Source of the DNA: an uncultured virus (IMG/VR IMGVR_UViG_3300017917_005385)
Taxonomy: Duplodnaviria; Heunggongvirae; Uroviricota; Caudoviricetes
Direction: 5' to 3' (one strand)
Virus record (IMG/VR): IMGVR_UViG_3300017917_005385
Length of the DNA: 26,009 nt
Shown: positions 1 to 8,735 of the stretch, in pieces
Numbering within the stretch: the stretch's first letter is position 1
How the letters are laid out: the number at the start of each line of letters is the position of its first letter
The notes under the pieces: model-generated
The model's database searches: none
The model's input: only the letters and a program-made list of their open reading frames with translations
What the model was told of the DNA's origin: nothing
Translations under genes and position numbers: made by a program

Positions 1-1
1 C

Positions 2-547
2 CCAGTTGAAACATATATTAATGTTGTAAATTCTATTATAAATAACGAATATGATTTTGTTTATCCATATATATTTGGTGATGGTCAAAAACAATTATAC
101 TATAGTAAATGGTATGAAGATCCACTAGGTAAATGGTTATACTATCCAATGTATAAATTCACAGAAGATTGGAATCCTTCTATTTTTGAAAGTGATGATA
201 TTGATGATAAAAAAAGAGTTGTAATACAAAATTCAGAATGTGGTCACTCTATTTTTGCTAACACTGAAAAATACAAAGAGGCTTTCGGTGAAAATGAAAA
301 TTTTATATCATACGGACCTGAGGACCAAGAAAGATTATACAGATTTAAAAAACTTGGTTATAGATTAAACTGGTATAATGATTTTGTTTATCATATAGAA
401 CACGAAAGAACTCCTGATTCTAATAGAGAAAATCCAATGTTTAATTCAAACAATGAACTATTTGAATATATTAAAAGTCTAAATGAAAAAGAATTGTTTG
501 AGTACTATAAAAACATTAATTATTTAAAAAAGTATAAATTAAAATGA
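2..547 (+). CDS. Glycosyltransferase, GT-A/GT7 C-terminal-like; 5'-truncated by the window edge
   Basis: The frame is open from base 2 (PVETYINVV...YDFVYPY...), upstream of the ATG at 149. It contains GENENFISYGPEDQER..RF..LGY and YHIEH, typical of the galactosyltransferase-like (Glyco_transf_7C) C-terminal region. Confidence 0.75.
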   Translation, partial: PVETYINVVNSIINNEYDFVYPYIFGDGQKQLYYSKWYEDPLGKWLYYPMYKFTEDWNPSIFESDDIDDKKRVVIQNSECGHSIFANTEKYKEAFGENENFISYGPEDQERLYRFKKLGYRLNWYNDFVYHIEHERTPDSNRENPMFNSNNELFEYIKSLNEKELFEYYKNINYLKKYKLK

Positions 548-1227
548 AAAAAATAGGTTTATTAATTATTGCAACAAATAAGTATGTTGATTTTTTACAT
601 ACATTAATTTCCAGTGCAGATAATTATTTTCTACCCAATCAAGATGTTACTTATTTTATATTCACGAATCAAGATTTAGATATTGAATCTAAAAGAAATA
701 TTGTTAGAATAGAAACTGAACATAAGTCTTGGCCCTGGATGACACTTGGTAGATATAAAATATTCACTCAAAACTCTGATATACTTTCAAATATGGACTA
801 TCTATATTACTGTGATGCTGATATGAGATTTGAGGGATTGGTATCTGATGAAGTTTTAGGTGATTTAGTTGCAACTCAACATCATGGTTATTGTGGAAAA
901 AGAGGTACACCAGAAATGAGACCATTCTCTACCGCATTTGTTAGACCCGATGAAGATATGCAATATTTTGCTGGGGGATTTAATGGAGGTAAGTCATATA
1001 ATTATTTAGAGATGGCTAAAGTATTATCTAATAATATAGATATAGATTTTTCAAATAATATTATTGCTGTATGGCATGATGAAAGTCACATCAATAGATA
1101 TTTTATAGATAATAAACCTACTAAAATTTTGAGTCCAAGTTATTGCTTCTATGAACATATAGAAGATCCAAGGTTTGAAAGAAAATTACTGGCTTTACAA
1201 AAAAATCACAGTGAAATAAGAAATTAA
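544..1227 (+). CDS. Family 6 glycosyltransferase (ABO/alpha-1,3-GalNAc/Gal-transferase-like)
   Basis: GT6 motifs IATNKY, YFIFT, DYLYYCDADM (DxD), YFAGGFNGG and AVWHDESHINRY, followed by LSPSYC. Confidence 0.9.
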   Translation: MKKIGLLIIATNKYVDFLHTLISSADNYFLPNQDVTYFIFTNQDLDIESKRNIVRIETEHKSWPWMTLGRYKIFTQNSDILSNMDYLYYCDADMRFEGLVSDEVLGDLVATQHHGYCGKRGTPEMRPFSTAFVRPDEDMQYFAGGFNGGKSYNYLEMAKVLSNNIDIDFSNNIIAVWHDESHINRYFIDNKPTKILSPSYCFYEHIEDPRFERKLLALQKNHSEIRN

Positions 1228-1260
1228 TATTTCTTTAAATAAAAATAAATTAATTAATAA

Positions 1261-1923
1261 ATGAAGATTGGCGTAGTTTTTTTCCATTCAGATATACAAA
1301 AGATTTATAAGGATAGATGGATTAAAAAGTCTGTTGAATCTATATTAAATCAGACTTATAAAGATTTTTCAATATATGAGATAAATTATTCAAGTGAGAA
1401 TGAAAATTTTTCTGTAGTTGGCGATGAAGTTAATAAAAAGTTCTGGTCAAAAAAAATGTCAAATTACGCTGAAGCTATGAATTTTATAATTACAGAAGCT
1501 TTTCTAGATGGTTGTGATTACGTTTTTAATACAAATCTAGATGATTATTATGATAAATATAGATTTGAGTCTCAGTTAAATTTGATGAAAGTACATGACT
1601 TTGATATACTCAGTTCTGATTTTTGTTATATAGTTGAGAATATTAACAATGAGGATGAAATTTCTCTTTATATGAATATTACAAAATTTGGAGATATTAA
1701 ATTTAATTTGTTTAACTCAAATAATGTAATTGCTCATCCATGTGTTTGTTATAGTAAAAGATTCTGGAATGACCCTCAAAATAGATATGATACATCAAAG
1801 GTTCCTGAAGAAGACTATGACTTGTGGAAAAGGTCAATATTAAGAGGTTATAAATTTGGCATTGATAAAAACTTACTTCTTTATTATAGAAGACATAATA
1901 ATCAAGTAAGTGAAAAAAAATAA
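1261..1923 (+). CDS. Family 2 (GT-A) glycosyltransferase
   Basis: SVESILNQTYKDF, NLDDYY..RFESQL, HP, EDYDLW and LLYYRRH motifs. Confidence 0.8.
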   Translation: MKIGVVFFHSDIQKIYKDRWIKKSVESILNQTYKDFSIYEINYSSENENFSVVGDEVNKKFWSKKMSNYAEAMNFIITEAFLDGCDYVFNTNLDDYYDKYRFESQLNLMKVHDFDILSSDFCYIVENINNEDEISLYMNITKFGDIKFNLFNSNNVIAHPCVCYSKRFWNDPQNRYDTSKVPEEDYDLWKRSILRGYKFGIDKNLLLYYRRHNNQVSEKK

Positions 1924-1932
1924 AAAAAGAAA

Positions 1933-2553
1933 ATGAGTTTAAGTTATTTTGATTATGATTCACTACAAAAATGGTTTGGTGATAATGGTGATAAAACACA
2001 TAGATTAAACTACGAATTGAATGAAGATTCTGTAGTTTTTGATTTAGGTGGATTTGAAGGTGGTTGGTCTGCTGATATCGTAGAAAAGTTTAATTGTAAT
2101 GTTTACATATTTGAACCTGTACAGGTTTATTATGAAAAAATAGTAGATAGATTTAAATCTAATAGTAAAGTTAGAGCTTTTAACATTGGTTTATGTAATA
2201 AAAATGAACTTGTAGATATATTTTATAATGGTGATTCATCATCAATGATTTTCAAAACATCAACCGTTGAAAAAATTCAAATTAAAAATATTTGTGATTT
2301 TTTAGATGATATTAAAATAAATAAAATAGATCTTATAAAAATTAATATAGAAGGTGCCGAGTTTGACCTTTTAGATGAAATTATAAATCGAGGTTATCAA
2401 GATAAGTTTGATAATATACAAGTGCAATTTCATAAAATGTTTGATGATTGTTATGAGAGAAGAGATGCTATAAGAAAAAAACTATCCGAAACACACCATT
2501 TAACATATGATTATACATTTGTTTGGGAAAATTGGAAAAAAAATAATTTATGA
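1933..2553 (+). CDS. FkbM-family SAM-dependent methyltransferase
   Basis: VFDLGGFEG, IFEPV and IDLIKINIEGAE motifs. Confidence 0.85.
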   Translation: MSLSYFDYDSLQKWFGDNGDKTHRLNYELNEDSVVFDLGGFEGGWSADIVEKFNCNVYIFEPVQVYYEKIVDRFKSNSKVRAFNIGLCNKNELVDIFYNGDSSSMIFKTSTVEKIQIKNICDFLDDIKINKIDLIKINIEGAEFDLLDEIINRGYQDKFDNIQVQFHKMFDDCYERRDAIRKKLSETHHLTYDYTFVWENWKKNNL

Positions 2554-2554
2554 T

Positions 2555-3151
2555 ATGAAGTATTATTCACAAGCTGGACAAGATGAGTGGGTTGTTAACT
2601 TTTTTAAAAGTAAAAAAAATGGATATTTTTTAGATATTGGTGCTCATAATGGCATAGAGATAAATAACACTTATTATTTAGAAAAAAATTTAGACTGGTC
2701 AGGAATTTGTATAGAAGCAAATCCTTTAATTTTTGAAGAACTTAAAATAAATAGAAATTGTGATACTATAAATTGTGCAGTATCGGATTGTGTTGAAGAG
2801 TTAAATTTTATCATGGATGGATTAAGTGGTAGAATATCAAATAGTCAAGGAATTAAAATGATATCAAATACAATAGATAACATAATTAGAGAAAATAATG
2901 TTCCTAAAATAATTGATTATATAAGCTTAGATGTTGAGGGTTATGAGACTAAGGTTTTAAGTAAATTTCCATTTGATGATTATGAATTTGTATTAATGAC
3001 AGTTGAACATAATTTATATCTAGGTGATAGTTCTAACAAGGAAAATATTAAGAGTATACTATTAAATAACGGTTACGCTTTATATCAAGAAAATGTCAGT
3101 CATCAAAACTTTGAATTTGAAGATTGGTATATCAATAAAAAATATCTTTAA
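2555..3151 (+). CDS. FkbM-family SAM-dependent methyltransferase
   Basis: YSQAGQD, FLDIGAHNG, WSGICIEAN and IDYISLDVEG motifs. Start moved from 2507 to the ATG at 2555, directly after the upstream TGA. Confidence 0.85.
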   Translation: MKYYSQAGQDEWVVNFFKSKKNGYFLDIGAHNGIEINNTYYLEKNLDWSGICIEANPLIFEELKINRNCDTINCAVSDCVEELNFIMDGLSGRISNSQGIKMISNTIDNIIRENNVPKIIDYISLDVEGYETKVLSKFPFDDYEFVLMTVEHNLYLGDSSNKENIKSILLNNGYALYQENVSHQNFEFEDWYINKKYL

Positions 3152-3153
3152 TA

Positions 3154-3927
3154 ATGATAGTTACTAAAATACAAGGAGGACTAGCTAATCAGATATTTCA
3201 ATGGGCTTATGCTAAATCACTTGAGATTGATTATAAGGTTCCTATGATGTTAGATATATCTTATTATTATAAAGATAATGGTACAGATACAAAAAGAAGT
3301 TTTTGTTTAGATAAATTTCCTAATTTAAAATTTAATCTATTCGCTGGTAATGAAAGTTTTATAAATGTTTCAGATGATTCTTTTTTTAGAGAATTAAAAA
3401 TTGATACTAACTATAATTATTATTTGAGTGGTTTTTGGCAAAGTGATGAGTATTTTAAAAATAATAGAATTGAAATTCTGAAAGAATTATTACCAACCGA
3501 ATCAACAAAAAAAGAATTATTTAATTTATATCCATCTTTGAACTCAAATACAACTTCTATACATATAAGAAGAACTGATTATTTAAATTCAAACGGTTAT
3601 CATCCTGTTCAGACTATTGAATACTATGAAAAGGCAATTGAATTAGTTGGTAGTTATGACAATTTATTAATTTTTTCTGATGATATTAGTTGGTGTAAGA
3701 ATAATTTAGATTTTAGAAATATGATATTTATAGAAGGCAATGATGATATAATTGATTTATGGTTGATGTCTTTATGTAAAAATAATATAATCGCAAATAG
3801 CTCTTTTAGTTGGTGGGGTGCTTATTTGAATTTGAATAAAAATAAAAAAGTTATTGCACCATCACAATGGTATGGTCATTTTACTGGTAAAAAAAATACT
3901 TTACCAGAAGATTGGATAATAATATAA
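3154..3927 (+). CDS. Family 11 glycosyltransferase (alpha-1,2-fucosyltransferase-like)
   Basis: GGLANQIFQWA, GFWQS, SIHIRRTDY, FSDDISWC and IIANSSFSWWGAYL motifs. Confidence 0.92.
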   Translation: MIVTKIQGGLANQIFQWAYAKSLEIDYKVPMMLDISYYYKDNGTDTKRSFCLDKFPNLKFNLFAGNESFINVSDDSFFRELKIDTNYNYYLSGFWQSDEYFKNNRIEILKELLPTESTKKELFNLYPSLNSNTTSIHIRRTDYLNSNGYHPVQTIEYYEKAIELVGSYDNLLIFSDDISWCKNNLDFRNMIFIEGNDDIIDLWLMSLCKNNIIANSSFSWWGAYLNLNKNKKVIAPSQWYGHFTGKKNTLPEDWIII

Positions 3928-3937
3928 TAATAAAATT

Positions 3938-4753
3938 ATGATAGTAGTTAAGTTACAAGGTGGAATGGGTAATCAAATGTTTCAATACGCGGTTGCTAAA
4001 AGTTTATCAATTAAATATAATATTCCTTTTTTTATGGATAGAAATTACATTGATAAATTTGATTGGAGAAATTATGATTTAGATCTTTTTAATGTAGATG
4101 AGAATTTTATAATTAATCCTATTGAAGCAATTCCTGTAAATGATGGTGTTGGCTTATCATTTAACAATGAGATATATAATATTTTTGATAATATTCCACT
4201 AGAACAAAATATTTACTTAGAAGGTTATTTTCAAAATATAGGCTACACTGATCCTATTTATAATATTCTAAAGAAAGATTTTAAATTAAAAAATGATATA
4301 AATGATAATAGAAGTTTAGATTTATTAAATGAAATAAAATCTACTAATTCTGTTATGTTAAATGTTCGCAGAACAGACTTTGTTAATAGTAGTTTTCACG
4401 GAACAATGGATGTTGATTATTACAATAATGCTATTTCAATAATAAATGAAAAAGTCGAAAATCCTAAATACTTTATATTTTCAGATGATATTGAATGGTG
4501 TAAAGAAAATTTAAGTAATATAGATAATTCTTTTATTGTAGATCATTCTTATAAGGGTGATAGATTTGGTGAGTATTTAGAACTGATGAAAAATTGTAAA
4601 CATTTTATAATTCCAAATAGTTCATTTGCATGGTGGTCTGCTTACTTATGTGAGAATGAAAATAAAATAGTTATCGCACCTGAAAGATGGCTTTTAAATC
4701 AAAATTTAGATGTTGATGTAGTTAGTGAAAAATTAAATTGGATTAAAATATGA
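3938..4753 (+). CDS. Family 11 glycosyltransferase (alpha-1,2-fucosyltransferase-like), second paralogue
   Basis: GGMGNQMFQYA, GYFQ, NVRRTDF, FSDDIEWC and IIPNSSFAWWSAYL motifs. Confidence 0.92.
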   Translation: MIVVKLQGGMGNQMFQYAVAKSLSIKYNIPFFMDRNYIDKFDWRNYDLDLFNVDENFIINPIEAIPVNDGVGLSFNNEIYNIFDNIPLEQNIYLEGYFQNIGYTDPIYNILKKDFKLKNDINDNRSLDLLNEIKSTNSVMLNVRRTDFVNSSFHGTMDVDYYNNAISIINEKVENPKYFIFSDDIEWCKENLSNIDNSFIVDHSYKGDRFGEYLELMKNCKHFIIPNSSFAWWSAYLCENENKIVIAPERWLLNQNLDVDVVSEKLNWIKI

Positions 4754-5835
4754 AAATAGCAATTGTAACAGGGTCAGCTGGTCTAATAGGATCACAAGCC
4801 TGTGACTTCTTTAGTGAGAGAGGATATAAAATTATTGGTATAGATAACGATATGAGAGCTTATTTCTTTGGTGAGGGTTCTTCTACTAAAGATTCATTAG
4901 AGTCTCTTAAATCAAAAATAAATGACTATGAACACTATAATATAGATATCAGAGACTATCAAAAATTAAATGAAGTATTTAGTAAATACAAATCTGATAT
5001 TGATATTGTTATTCACACAGCGGCTCAACCATCTCATGATTGGGCGGCTAATGAACCTTTAACAGATTTTAGTATTAATGCCACAGGAACAATGAATATG
5101 TTAGAAGTAACAAGATTAAATTGTCCTAAAGCAACATTTATTTTTACCTCTACAAATAAAGTATATGGTGATACACCAAACTATTTAGATTTAATTGAGA
5201 CAGATACTAGATGGGAATTAAATAAAGAAACATTCAAATATAATCATTGTTTAGGAAGTGATGCTAGTATAAATGAAAATATGTCAATTGACAATACTAA
5301 ACACTCTGTATTTGGTGCTTCTAAAGTTGCAGCTGATATTATGTGCCAAGAGTATGGTAAATATTTTGGAATGAACGTTGGTATATTTAGAGGTGGTTGT
5401 TTAACAGGTCCTAATCACGCTGGTGCTGAATTGCACGGTTTTCTTTCTTATTTAGTTAAGTGTATTGTAAATGATAAACCATATACAATCTTTGGTTATA
5501 AGGGTAAACAAGTAAGAGATAACATACACTCTTGGGATTTAGTTAATATGTTTTGGCACTTTCATCAAAATCCAAAACAAGGCGAAGTTTATAATGCTGG
5601 TGGCGGTAGAGATAACTCTACTTCTATATTAGAAGCTATTGAAACAATTAATAGAATTGCTGGTACTAATTGGAATAACTATACTATATCAGAACAAAAT
5701 AGAATAGGTGATCATATTTGGTATATTTCTGATTTAAGAAAATTTAGAACTCACTACCCTGAATGGAATATAACTATTAGTTTAGAAGAAACCATTAAAC
5801 AGATGGTAGATTTTGAAAAAAATAAAGTAAAGTAA
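4750..5835 (+). CDS. NAD-dependent epimerase/dehydratase (extended SDR, CDP-paratose 2-epimerase-like)
   Basis: TGSAGLIG Rossmann motif, plus AAQPSHD, STNKVYG, FGASK and GKQVRDNIH. Confidence 0.85.
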   Translation: MKIAIVTGSAGLIGSQACDFFSERGYKIIGIDNDMRAYFFGEGSSTKDSLESLKSKINDYEHYNIDIRDYQKLNEVFSKYKSDIDIVIHTAAQPSHDWAANEPLTDFSINATGTMNMLEVTRLNCPKATFIFTSTNKVYGDTPNYLDLIETDTRWELNKETFKYNHCLGSDASINENMSIDNTKHSVFGASKVAADIMCQEYGKYFGMNVGIFRGGCLTGPNHAGAELHGFLSYLVKCIVNDKPYTIFGYKGKQVRDNIHSWDLVNMFWHFHQNPKQGEVYNAGGGRDNSTSILEAIETINRIAGTNWNNYTISEQNRIGDHIWYISDLRKFRTHYPEWNITISLEETIKQMVDFEKNKVK

Positions 5836-6684
5836 ATGAACGTAATTTCAATTTTAATAAGTGGTAGAGATTTTAAACAACCATATTCATTAAATGATAA
5901 ATCGCCAAATAATAGCACAGGTTTATGTAATCAACTTTTTCACTTTATAAATAGTGTTAGTATGTATAGTTTAGAAAATGATGTTTACTTTGATTTTTTC
6001 AGTAAAGACTATAGATCTGGTGATCTGCTAAAACTTTCAGATATTTTAGATATTCAAAAAATGAAAAGTCTTTATAATTGGAGAATAAATGATTTAATTG
6101 AATTTGAAGGTGTTAATTATACCATATTTAGAATTGGTGGTGTGTTTATGACATATAATTCTGATGTTAATAAATTTATTGATATAACTAAAAAAATTAT
6201 TTTTAATGACAAATATGAATTACTTTCTAAAAAAGTTATTGATAGTATGTCTCTAAATGAAGAAGAAGTAAACCTTGTTCATTTAAGAATTGATCATGAC
6301 GCTGAAGATCATATTTCAAGGCATGTCTCGAAGTCTGCTTTTGAGAGTTATATAAATTCATACAAACGTGAAATATTAAAAAATTGTTCAACTGATAAAA
6401 AATTGGTATTGCTATTAGAAGATATTAATCATCCCTTAGTTAAAGAACTATCTAGTATCTATAATGTTGTTTACTTTTCAAAAGATTTGATTTTAGAAAC
6501 ATACAATTCAATGTATGATGATAAAGTATTAGATGGTAGAGAAATGTATGCTTTAATTGATTTATTAATTGGTAAAAACTTGAAGGTGGATACCTATATA
6601 TGTGCCGAAGGAGGAGTATTTACTAGTTCATTTAGTATTTTATTAAAACATCTAAATCAGTATAAAAAAATAATAACTATATGA
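5836..6684 (+). CDS. Putative GDP-fucose-dependent O-fucosyltransferase-like (GT-B) protein
   Basis: GLCNQL near the N-terminus, HLRID, and C-terminal ALID...SSFS, the motif order shared by fucosyltransferase families. Lies within the glycan island. Confidence 0.55.
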   Translation: MNVISILISGRDFKQPYSLNDKSPNNSTGLCNQLFHFINSVSMYSLENDVYFDFFSKDYRSGDLLKLSDILDIQKMKSLYNWRINDLIEFEGVNYTIFRIGGVFMTYNSDVNKFIDITKKIIFNDKYELLSKKVIDSMSLNEEEVNLVHLRIDHDAEDHISRHVSKSAFESYINSYKREILKNCSTDKKLVLLLEDINHPLVKELSSIYNVVYFSKDLILETYNSMYDDKVLDGREMYALIDLLIGKNLKVDTYICAEGGVFTSSFSILLKHLNQYKKIITI

Positions 6685-8132
6685 TTAAAGATAAAGACAT
6701 TGTATTTGTAACAACCACTTTACATACTAAATGGTTAAATTATCAAAAGAGAATAATTAAGAATTTATTTCCAGATAGTCAACACATTATAGTTGATGGT
6801 AGAGGAAATTGGCCCAATTCCTGGTTCTATTGGATAGACGAAGTTAAGAAATGTGAACAAAAATATTTTGTTCATATAGATGAAGATTTTTTCATAACAT
6901 CAAAAGATGAGTTTATGAAAGTTTTTGATAAAATAGAATCAGAAGGATTAGACTTAGTAGGTTGTTCAGATGGTTATCATCATTTTAGAGGAGCTAATCC
7001 AGTTGCTATTAATACATTTCTAATGTATGGTAAAGTAGAACATGTTAAAATGATAGAAACTGATCTAAAAAATCTTAAATATGATATGGTCTCATTTGAT
7101 GGTTTATATCATTGGAGAAATAGTGCTGATATAAAGATGAAAGAATCATATAAAGATGAATTTAATTATGAGCATAAAATTTTAGGTAGTGGTAATTTTA
7201 ACTGTGAGCAAGAACCTTATTACTCTTTTCTTTGGTCTATGAAAGACTTAGGTTGTAAATTTGGATATTTATATCCAAATTTTGACACAAAGTATAAGTC
7301 AACTAATCCTAGATTGAGTGAGAACTCTGAGGATATTGGAATACATATGTGGTATACAAGACAATGGAATCAAGAATTTGATGTGTGGGGAATGCCTAAC
7401 AAAGCTAGATATGAAGAAGTTGAAAAGATGTTATTAAATAACAAAAAGATAAATATTTATATTAATGTGGCTATAACAGGCAGTGTTAATTATGTATTAG
7501 CAGATCTTATAAATTCTATAATAAAAAGTGGTTTATATTCTGCTTGTAATCAAATATTTTTAATATTGAATGGTGATATTAGAAATATAAGTTTAAATCT
7601 AAATCTACCTAAAATTAAATTAGTATTTGAAAGTCAAGATATATCCAAGTGTGAGTTTCCAACCTTAAATAAAATATGGCTAGATTGTCAAGATAATGAT
7701 ATAACTGTTTTGTATTTACATACAAAAGGTGTTACAAAGCCAGGTAATCAAATGATTAAAGATTGGACAGACTATCTAATTCATTTCAATATCTTAAATT
7801 GGCAAGATAGATTTTTTGAGTTGAATAATAACGACTGCACTGGTGTTAATTTAGGTGGTAACTCTGAAGATATTAACGAAAGACCTGAAACATGGGGATA
7901 TGGAAAAGCTCCTTTACATTATAGTGGTAACTTTTGGTGGTCTACATCATCTCATATTAAAAAATTACCTGAACCATATAAGTGGTTACCAGATAATAAT
8001 TATTTAAAATGGAGAGTTATGGCTGAAATGTGGTTGTGTCAAGTATCTGATGCTAACTACAATTGTGTTTGGAAGTCAAATGTTAATCATTATGTTGAAA
8101 ATTATCCACCTGAATTGTATAAAAATGTTTAA
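6681..8132 (+). CDS. Two-domain putative glycosyltransferase
   Basis: N-terminal GT-A-like domain with HIDEDFF (DxD). The second domain, from about aa 256, has LYLHTKG, HYSGNFWW and AEMWL. Last gene of the glycan operon. Confidence 0.55.
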   Translation: MIKDKDIVFVTTTLHTKWLNYQKRIIKNLFPDSQHIIVDGRGNWPNSWFYWIDEVKKCEQKYFVHIDEDFFITSKDEFMKVFDKIESEGLDLVGCSDGYHHFRGANPVAINTFLMYGKVEHVKMIETDLKNLKYDMVSFDGLYHWRNSADIKMKESYKDEFNYEHKILGSGNFNCEQEPYYSFLWSMKDLGCKFGYLYPNFDTKYKSTNPRLSENSEDIGIHMWYTRQWNQEFDVWGMPNKARYEEVEKMLLNNKKINIYINVAITGSVNYVLADLINSIIKSGLYSACNQIFLILNGDIRNISLNLNLPKIKLVFESQDISKCEFPTLNKIWLDCQDNDITVLYLHTKGVTKPGNQMIKDWTDYLIHFNILNWQDRFFELNNNDCTGVNLGGNSEDINERPETWGYGKAPLHYSGNFWWSTSSHIKKLPEPYKWLPDNNYLKWRVMAEMWLCQVSDANYNCVWKSNVNHYVENYPPELYKNV

Positions 8133-8728
8133 AATCTTTGAATAATACTTGGTAAAGCACCAAGTTCAAGAACTTTACTTTTATCAAGTAAGAACTCAAT
8201 ATCATAGAAATTAAAGTGGAAACCCATAGTAAACTCTTTTGAGTTTACTTTTTGTTGTGAGTAGTTAAATGTATTTTCAGATAATGATTTTAATATTATC
8301 TCATAAAATCTAATAACATAAATTGCATCTCTGTGTATATCAACACAAGTGATTGTAAATGGATTTACCCAAGCATTATCAACATCTAAATAGTGTTTAT
8401 TTAAGATGTCAAACATTAACCAATAATTTAAGTCAGAGTCAACCGATCTAAAAGTCACTGTTAAGTCGTGTGTTGTAGTTATATCTTGTACGTTTTTAGA
8501 TGGCTTGAACTGTCTTTCTTTACCTCTCATATTTATTTGTTTAGGCATATCAAATCCAAGACCTGGGAAATTAACAGATTTAATAGTTGAGTTTAAATAG
8601 TCAATTACATTCTCATACTGCACCCAATTTTTTTCTAAAATTGGAGTATAAGTATTTATTATTTCTGGTTTAAGGAAATCACTTGGTAAATTAAATATAA
8701 ACTGACTCCCTTGACTACTTAATCTCAT
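8129..8728 (-). CDS. T4 gp3-like tail completion/sheath-stabiliser protein (tail-tube fold)
   Basis: SVNFPGL ... DLTVTFRSVDSDLNYWLMFD parallels the SVxxPGI ... LxVxFxVDE.L..W pattern recalled for T4 gp3. Size is comparable. Confidence 0.55.
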   Translation of the reverse strand: MRLSSQGSQFIFNLPSDFLKPEIINTYTPILEKNWVQYENVIDYLNSTIKSVNFPGLGFDMPKQINMRGKERQFKPSKNVQDITTTHDLTVTFRSVDSDLNYWLMFDILNKHYLDVDNAWVNPFTITCVDIHRDAIYVIRFYEIILKSLSENTFNYSQQKVNSKEFTMGFHFNFYDIEFLLDKSKVLELGALPSIIQRF

Positions 8729-8735
8729 CTAATTT

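Noticed and set aside
1712..1999. 95-aa minus-strand ORF
   Set aside because: Antisense to two well-supported genes and has no recognisable motifs.
2507..2554. Listed start of the second FkbM gene
   Set aside because: It would overlap the upstream gene by 47 nt. The ATG at 2555 gives the family-typical MKYYSQ start.
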